Assembly: GCA_025451195.1 (NCBI GenBank)
Contig: JANWKV010000017.1
Coordinates: 2,471-66,470 of the forward strand
Source of the DNA: Candidatus Microgenomates bacterium
Lineage (GTDB): Bacteria > Patescibacteriota > Microgenomatia > Levybacterales > UBA12049
DNA length: 64,000 nt
Reading direction: 5' to 3'
This document shows, piece after piece, positions 58,403 through 64,000 of this stretch. Every line of letters begins with the position of its first letter. The stretch's first letter is position 1. The notes beneath the pieces were generated by a model, which saw only the letters and a program-made list of their open reading frames with translations, was not told where the DNA came from and searched no databases. Position numbers and translations under genes: made by a program.

Positions 58403-59599
58403 ATGAAAAAAAATATAAACAAAAAAGTGATTTTAGCGTTTTCAGGGGGACTGGACACTTCATTCTGTGTTCCTTATTTAATGGAACAAGGATATGAAGT
58501 TGTAACTGTGACAGTTAACACTGGTGGATTTACTAAAAAGGAACTATTAAATATTTCTGAAAAATCAAAAAAACTTGGAGCTGTAAAACATTATGAAGTA
58601 AATGCAAAAAAAGAAATGTTTGAAAAAATAGCTTCATACATCATAAAGTTCCACGCTTTATATCAAAGCTCATATCCAAATATGTGTGCTGATAGATACA
58701 TTATTGCGGAGAAGGTTGTTAATATTGCAAAAAAAGAAAACACAAAATTTGTTGCACACGGATCAAGTGCAATGGGGAATGATCAGGTAAGGTTTGATTT
58801 ATCTTTTATGTTTCTTGCGCCAAACTTTACAATCCTTACCCCTATTAAGGAGATTGGTGGAAATAGAAAAAAAGAAGAACAATATTTAAAAGAAAAAAGC
58901 TTGCCATTTGAAATTAAGCATGCAAAATATTCCATTAACAAAAACATCTTGGGTGCCACATATTCCGGATTGGAAATTGATCAGCTTAAACAAGCAGATA
59001 AAAATATATTTACCTTGACTAAATTAATTTCTCAAAAACCCCAAAAACATATACTTTCATTTTTAAAAGGAATTCCAACTCATCTAAATGGCAAAAAAAT
59101 GTCAGGGGAAGAAATTCTTTCAAAGATGAATATAATTGCAGGAAGTTTTGGATTTGGACAAGAAGACTATACAGGTGACTGCATAATTGGAATAAAAGGA
59201 CACATTGCATTTGAAGCACCAGGAATCTTAACCCTTATAAAAGCACACAATGCATTACAGCAAGTAATACTGACAAAGCAACAACAAAATATTGGTGAAT
59301 ATATTAGTCACCAATTTGCCGAACTTTTATACAACGGTAAGTTTTTTGATTCAGTGTTAAAAGATTTACAAGCATTTATTGATTCTCAACAAAAGAGTGT
59401 TAATGGAAATGTAACGCTGATATTTGATTCCCATCAAGTTAAGGTTTCAGAAATTTCTTCGCCTAACTCTCTTATTAACCCTAAGATTGCAACATACGCT
59501 CAACAAGCTAGTTGGACAGCTCAAGACGCAAAAGGATTTATTACTTTATTTGGACTTCAGGAAAAAATATCTGCGCAAAAAGGAGAATTATATGAATAA
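58403..59599 (+). CDS. argG: Argininosuccinate synthase
   Basis: LAFSGGLDTS, AHGSSAMGNDQVRF, IIGIKG..FEAP motifs. Confidence 0.92.
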   Translation: MKKNINKKVILAFSGGLDTSFCVPYLMEQGYEVVTVTVNTGGFTKKELLNISEKSKKLGAVKHYEVNAKKEMFEKIASYIIKFHALYQSSYPNMCADRYIIAEKVVNIAKKENTKFVAHGSSAMGNDQVRFDLSFMFLAPNFTILTPIKEIGGNRKKEEQYLKEKSLPFEIKHAKYSINKNILGATYSGLEIDQLKQADKNIFTLTKLISQKPQKHILSFLKGIPTHLNGKKMSGEEILSKMNIIAGSFGFGQEDYTGDCIIGIKGHIAFEAPGILTLIKAHNALQQVILTKQQQNIGEYISHQFAELLYNGKFFDSVLKDLQAFIDSQQKSVNGNVTLIFDSHQVKVSEISSPNSLINPKIATYAQQASWTAQDAKGFITLFGLQEKISAQKGELYE

Positions 59600-60143
59600 C
59601 GTAATTTTGACATCAAATTCAAATTCTACTTTTGTTCCAAATAATTCTTTACAAAAGGACATTCAAATCATTCTAGGGAAAAATGTTGCTGAAAAACTAA
59701 GTGAATCAGAGATAGATTTTCTTTCAAAAATGTATAGTCAAAAACTTGCAAAACACAAAGAAACAATGCTGCAGCTAACTAAATTTCAATTAAAAAAGAT
59801 TATTAATAGTGGCCTGATGATAATAGCTATTGATAAAAATACAAAAGAAATTATTGCCGGAGGAAGAATTATGTTTCATAAAAATCATACATATGAATTT
59901 TGCAGTTGGGTAGCTTTTAAAAAGGGTTTTGGAAAAATAATTATAAATTCTGCCAAAAAATTGGCACTTTCATTAGATAAAGCAGCAAGCCTTTACAGCG
60001 TAATTCAAAAAGACAATATATACGCTCAAATCGCATTGGAAAAAACAGGTGCAAAAAAATTGAATTCAAAACCCAAAGATCTTGTACTTATTTTGGAAAA
60101 ATCAGATGGGAAAAAAGCGGATGCTGTGTATTTTGAACTTTAA
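59592..60143 (+). CDS. Putative GNAT-family acetyltransferase
   Basis: AGGAG then ATG overlapping the argG stop; IIAGGRI...EFCSWVAFKKGFGK motif-A-like segment, ALEKTG near the C-terminus. Confidence 0.55.
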   Translation: MNNVILTSNSNSTFVPNNSLQKDIQIILGKNVAEKLSESEIDFLSKMYSQKLAKHKETMLQLTKFQLKKIINSGLMIIAIDKNTKEIIAGGRIMFHKNHTYEFCSWVAFKKGFGKIIINSAKKLALSLDKAASLYSVIQKDNIYAQIALEKTGAKKLNSKPKDLVLILEKSDGKKADAVYFEL

Positions 60144-60147
60144 ATTT

Positions 60148-61641
60148 ATGAAAAATAAGATATACGACGGAATTTATACAAAAGGACCAAATCAACAAAC
60201 AGATTCATTCATTGTAGATTTTGCACAACAACAAGCAGACAGTGAAATAGTACCTTTTTATTTGTGGGAAACGTTGGCGCACAATTATATGCTAATGAAA
60301 CAAAAAATTGTACCAGAAAAAGCTGCAAAGAAAATATTAAAAGAGCTAATTTATCATTCTGAAAATATTGAAAAGAATGGATTTATTGTTGACCCGTTAA
60401 TTGGGGACGTGCATGAAAATTTTGAAAATTTATTAATAAAATCAATTGGTGATATTGCGGGATGGATGCATGTTGCCAGATCAAGAAATGATCAAATTAC
60501 AACAGACCAAAAGTTAATTACCAAAAAATTACTTTTTGATCTTTATGGTCAAATTTTTAATCTTGCAAAAGTTTTAGAAAAAAAGGTTTACAAATACAAA
60601 AATGTTGTTATGCCGGGATTTACCCATTTTAGGGTAGCGATGCCTTCTTCATTTGGTTTCTGGTGGCAATCATATTTACAGCAAATTATTGAGTGTGAAG
60701 AAATTTTAAAGTCAGTATTTTTAACAACAGATATTTCTTCCTTAGGAGCCGGAGCATCGTATGGTGTGAATTGGCCGATTGATCCTAAAATGACCGCAAA
60801 TGACTTAGGCTTTGATAAACCTATGATAAATGCTCTTTTCGCTTTAAATTCAAGAGGAATACATGAATCATACGTTTTAGGACCACTTTGCAGTCTATCT
60901 GTAGTTTTATCGAGAATGATGGAAGATATTATTTACTTTAGCTCAGCTGAAATAAACTTTATTTTTGTTGATGAATCATTTACAACAGGAAGTTCAATAA
61001 TGCCTCAAAAAATGAATGCTGTTGTGGCAGAAAGAACAAGAAGTAAAGCTGCGAAAATATTAGGAAATTATATTACAACTTTAATAAGTTTGAAGGGAAC
61101 ACCTTCCGGTTACAACATGGACTCTGCAGAAACAAAAACTTCAATAATTGAGAGTTTAAAAATATTTATTGACACAATTAATATTGTTGCTCAAATGTTA
61201 GAAACAATCTCTCCCAATACAGCAGCTATGGGAAATGCTGTTGCACCGTCTTTGGCTACAAAGCTTGCGGATTGCCTCTCTCAAGATTATCAAATTCCAT
61301 TTAGAAAAACCCACCAGATTGTTGGAAAAGTTCTCCAACAAATTGATAAAGACATCTCAAAAATATCTTCTGAAAAATTGGAAAAAATAATTATGGAAAT
61401 TGTTGGCAAAAAAATTACGCTTCCAAAAGGATATTTGCAAAATATATTAGATTCAGAAAATGCTTTATCACAGTACTACTACAAAGGGTCTCCAAATCCA
61501 ACATATGTAGAAAAGGTAAATGCGGAGCTTTCGATACAAAACCAACAATTTTTAAACTGGTTTAAAAAAGAGCAAGAAAAATTTTATGATGCTAAGAAAA
61601 ATTTAGTAAGCAAAGTTAAAAAATATTTGAAGGAAAAATAA
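60148..61641 (+). CDS. argH: Argininosuccinate lyase
   Basis: DVHENFE, HVARSRNDQ, MPGFTH, GSSIMPQKMN, IPFRKTHQIVG motifs. Confidence 0.9.
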   Translation: MKNKIYDGIYTKGPNQQTDSFIVDFAQQQADSEIVPFYLWETLAHNYMLMKQKIVPEKAAKKILKELIYHSENIEKNGFIVDPLIGDVHENFENLLIKSIGDIAGWMHVARSRNDQITTDQKLITKKLLFDLYGQIFNLAKVLEKKVYKYKNVVMPGFTHFRVAMPSSFGFWWQSYLQQIIECEEILKSVFLTTDISSLGAGASYGVNWPIDPKMTANDLGFDKPMINALFALNSRGIHESYVLGPLCSLSVVLSRMMEDIIYFSSAEINFIFVDESFTTGSSIMPQKMNAVVAERTRSKAAKILGNYITTLISLKGTPSGYNMDSAETKTSIIESLKIFIDTINIVAQMLETISPNTAAMGNAVAPSLATKLADCLSQDYQIPFRKTHQIVGKVLQQIDKDISKISSEKLEKIIMEIVGKKITLPKGYLQNILDSENALSQYYYKGSPNPTYVEKVNAELSIQNQQFLNWFKKEQEKFYDAKKNLVSKVKKYLKEK

Positions 61642-61642
61642 T

Positions 61643-62737
61643 ATGAATTTATTAAAAAAACTAATACAAATACATTCTGTTTCAGGGAGTGAAAAAGAAA
61701 TTCAACAATTTATATTTGATTATTTCTTTAAAAAAAATTTGCAACCTTTTTATGTTGGGGAAAACGTTGTTGTAAAAATTGATGGAAATGACAATAAAAA
61801 ATCTCTAATTTTTAATGCGCATGTTGACACAATTTCTGCTGGGAATACAAAGCTATGGAAATATCCACCTTTTGCAGGAGTAAAGACAAATGGAAAAATA
61901 TATGGAGTGGGAGCAAGTGATAGCAAAGCAGGAATTGCAACCCTAATGATGCTTGGAAATGAATTTAAGAAAAATAAACCAAAGTGTGATATCTGGTTAA
62001 CATTTGTTGTAAAAGAGGAAACAGACGGATCGGGAACAAAAAACTTCATTAATCTCTTTACCAACAACTATAAGAAACAATATAAGGAAATTGCCGGGAT
62101 ATTACTTGAGCCGACAAATCTTTCCAAAATTGAAATTGCTCATAAAGGAAATGTTTTCCTAAAGGTTATTACATATGGTGATAGTGGACATGGATCTGCT
62201 CCTGAGTTGGTTAAAGAAAACGCAATCAATATTATGCAAAAAGTAGCAAAAAAACTTTTAAAACTAGAGAAAGAATGGAAAAAAGAATATGAAGATTCAC
62301 TTTTAGGAAGCCCCTCAATTGCTTTATTTACTTCATTACACGCAGGAGATCCCTTAAGCCCTAATAAAATTCCAGAAACTTGTGTCGCAACATTTGATAT
62401 TCGCACAACACCAAAAATGCATAAAAATGCTTTAGAAATGGTGAAGAAAGAAATAAAGGAAAAAAATATTGAAGTATTCACAAAATACAAACCTTTAGAA
62501 TGCGGATTTACATCTCCCAACGCAAGAATTGTAACAATCACAAAATCAAGCGCTGATTCGGAGATTTGTGCTTCTTCAAGCTCAAACGACCTTTTATTTT
62601 TTACAAAAGCAGAAATTCCCGCTGTAGTATTTGGACCGGGGAATACAAATGAAAAACACAAAGTAAATGAGTTTTGTGAAATCAAAAACTTGATAAAAGC
62701 AAAAGAAATTTATAAAGAAATTATTCAAAAATTTTAA
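61643..62737 (+). CDS. M20 metallo-deacylase (ArgE/DapE family)
   Basis: NAHVDT, GASDSKAG, KEETDG, EPT, GHGS, FGPG motifs. Confidence 0.85.
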   Translation: MNLLKKLIQIHSVSGSEKEIQQFIFDYFFKKNLQPFYVGENVVVKIDGNDNKKSLIFNAHVDTISAGNTKLWKYPPFAGVKTNGKIYGVGASDSKAGIATLMMLGNEFKKNKPKCDIWLTFVVKEETDGSGTKNFINLFTNNYKKQYKEIAGILLEPTNLSKIEIAHKGNVFLKVITYGDSGHGSAPELVKENAINIMQKVAKKLLKLEKEWKKEYEDSLLGSPSIALFTSLHAGDPLSPNKIPETCVATFDIRTTPKMHKNALEMVKKEIKEKNIEVFTKYKPLECGFTSPNARIVTITKSSADSEICASSSSNDLLFFTKAEIPAVVFGPGNTNEKHKVNEFCEIKNLIKAKEIYKEIIQKF

Positions 62738-62738
62738 T

Positions 62739-64000
62739 ATGAAAAATGAATCAAAAAAACTAATCGTTATCGGGTGTGGACCAAAAGGAACTGCCCTTGG
62801 CGTTAAAAATAAAGTGCTTCAAGACTTAGGTTATAATGTTCCCGATGTTATTATCATTGAAAAAGAAAATGTTGGCGCACACTGGGACGGCAAACATGGA
62901 TTAACACACGGCAGATTACCTCTTGGGTCTGCTCCACAAAAAGATATTGGCTATCCTTACAGATCTTTATTTGATAAAAAGGTTGATAAAGAAATGCAAA
63001 AGTACTCATGGAACGCATACATGATTGAAAAAGATTATTACGTTGATTGGATTGATAAAGGAAGACTTGCCCCAACCCATATTGAATGGGCAAAATATTT
63101 TCAGTGGGCAGTTAAAAAGGCAGGGGTAAAAGTTTATAAAGGTGAGGTAGTAAAAATTAATAAAGAAGAAGATAAATGGAAAGTCAAATTTATTAATGGC
63201 AAGGCCAATGAAGTAATGGGTGACGGACTTGTTATCACTGGCCCAGGCGAACCAAAACAACTGCCTATTTATGGGATTGTTGAGAAAAAAAATTCAATTC
63301 CCACTGTCCTTGATGGTAAAAATTTTTGGCAATTTGTAAAACATTTTAGAAAATTAAAAAATGTAAAGATTGCGTTACTTGGCGGGGGAGAATCTGCAGC
63401 TTCAATTATCGTTGGGCTCCTAGATCATGTTGATATCGCAACAGTTAAAGTTGATTTAATAAATAATGGCCATGCAACTGTTTTTACAAGAAATGAAAAC
63501 TCACTTGATAATATGCATTTTTCAGACCCAACCCATTGGAAACTTCTAACAGAAGAAGAAAGAATACGCTTTATTAAAGCGGCAAGAGCAGGAAATTTTT
63601 CCGTTTATGCAAAAAATATTATTGACGAACATTACCTTAATTCATGGGTTTCATACAAGGCGGTTAATATGAAATATGTAAAACCGCTAAAAATTGTAGC
63701 CGGCTCTGACAAACCCGGTCTTGTTTATTCATTAGCAGATGGAAGCATTAAAAAATCCGAATATGATTTTATTATTTCCGGAATTGGATTTAACGCATTA
63801 AGTTTTACGAAATTTATGAAAGATACAAATGAACTTACAAATAAACACGACCTTGAGAAAAAAATTCAAGATGATATGAGTGTTAAGGACATAAAACCAA
63901 CACTTCATTTGCCAATGCTGTCTGCCTTAAATCAGGGGATTGGGTTTTCAGAATTAACGTGTCTTGGACTTTTAGCTGACAGAATTTTACAACCGTATGT
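62739..64000 (+). CDS. MbtG-like lysine/ornithine N-monooxygenase (3' partial; not in ORF track)
   Basis: Open from ATG 62739 to the window end: IGCGPKG, GAHW, LGSAPQKDIGYPY, WIDKGRLAPTH, LVITGPG, GGGESAA, LHLPMLSALNQG.GFSELTCLGLLADRIL, matching recalled MbtG motifs. Confidence 0.85.
   Translation, partial: MKNESKKLIVIGCGPKGTALGVKNKVLQDLGYNVPDVIIIEKENVGAHWDGKHGLTHGRLPLGSAPQKDIGYPYRSLFDKKVDKEMQKYSWNAYMIEKDYYVDWIDKGRLAPTHIEWAKYFQWAVKKAGVKVYKGEVVKINKEEDKWKVKFINGKANEVMGDGLVITGPGEPKQLPIYGIVEKKNSIPTVLDGKNFWQFVKHFRKLKNVKIALLGGGESAASIIVGLLDHVDIATVKVDLINNGHATVFTRNENSLDNMHFSDPTHWKLLTEEERIRFIKAARAGNFSVYAKNIIDEHYLNSWVSYKAVNMKYVKPLKIVAGSDKPGLVYSLADGSIKKSEYDFIISGIGFNALSFTKFMKDTNELTNKHDLEKKIQDDMSVKDIKPTLHLPMLSALNQGIGFSELTCLGLLADRILQPY

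Noticed and set aside
58403-61641. argH-like gene as a CreD-type nitrosuccinate lyase for nitrous-acid chemistry
   Set aside because: It has ArgH-specific motifs (RSRNDQ, IPFR..H..VG), is paired with argG, and the monooxygenase is MbtG-like rather than CreE-like.

Overview
AT-rich, code-11 bacterial chromosome segment. Its gene content (reduced trigger factor, PheT and ThrS, large type IV pilus cluster, few Shine-Dalgarno sites, many apparently leaderless starts) suggests a Patescibacteria/CPR genome of the Microgenomates type; this assignment is inferred, not searched. Housekeeping genes include tig, tRNA-Val, thrS-infC-rpmI-rplT, pheST, a class A PBP, tyrS, purH, recG, rpmF-nusB-rnc, rpsP-khpA-trmD, the pil cluster, holB, an NAD-salvage trio, alkA, gyrB-ppa-gyrA, folD and malic enzyme. 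The striking content is three amino-acid biosynthesis operons, each preceded by an RNA-level sensor missed by the ORF track. (1) A thr operon with a leaderless TTTTT leader-peptide attenuator, where a shikimate-kinase-fold P-loop kinase sits in place of thrB (candidate new homoserine kinase). (2) A full shikimate/Phe/Tyr operon with a leaderless FWFYF attenuator. (3) An argG-GNAT-argH-M20-MbtG-like operon under a T-box riboswitch with a very short Stem I and a probable CGA (Arg) specifier. Also seen: unannotated small ORFs (47 aa basic ORF between rpmI and rplT; 35 aa membrane peptide), a multi-HTH orphan and several palindromic repeats. No CRISPR array, rRNA or transposase was found.
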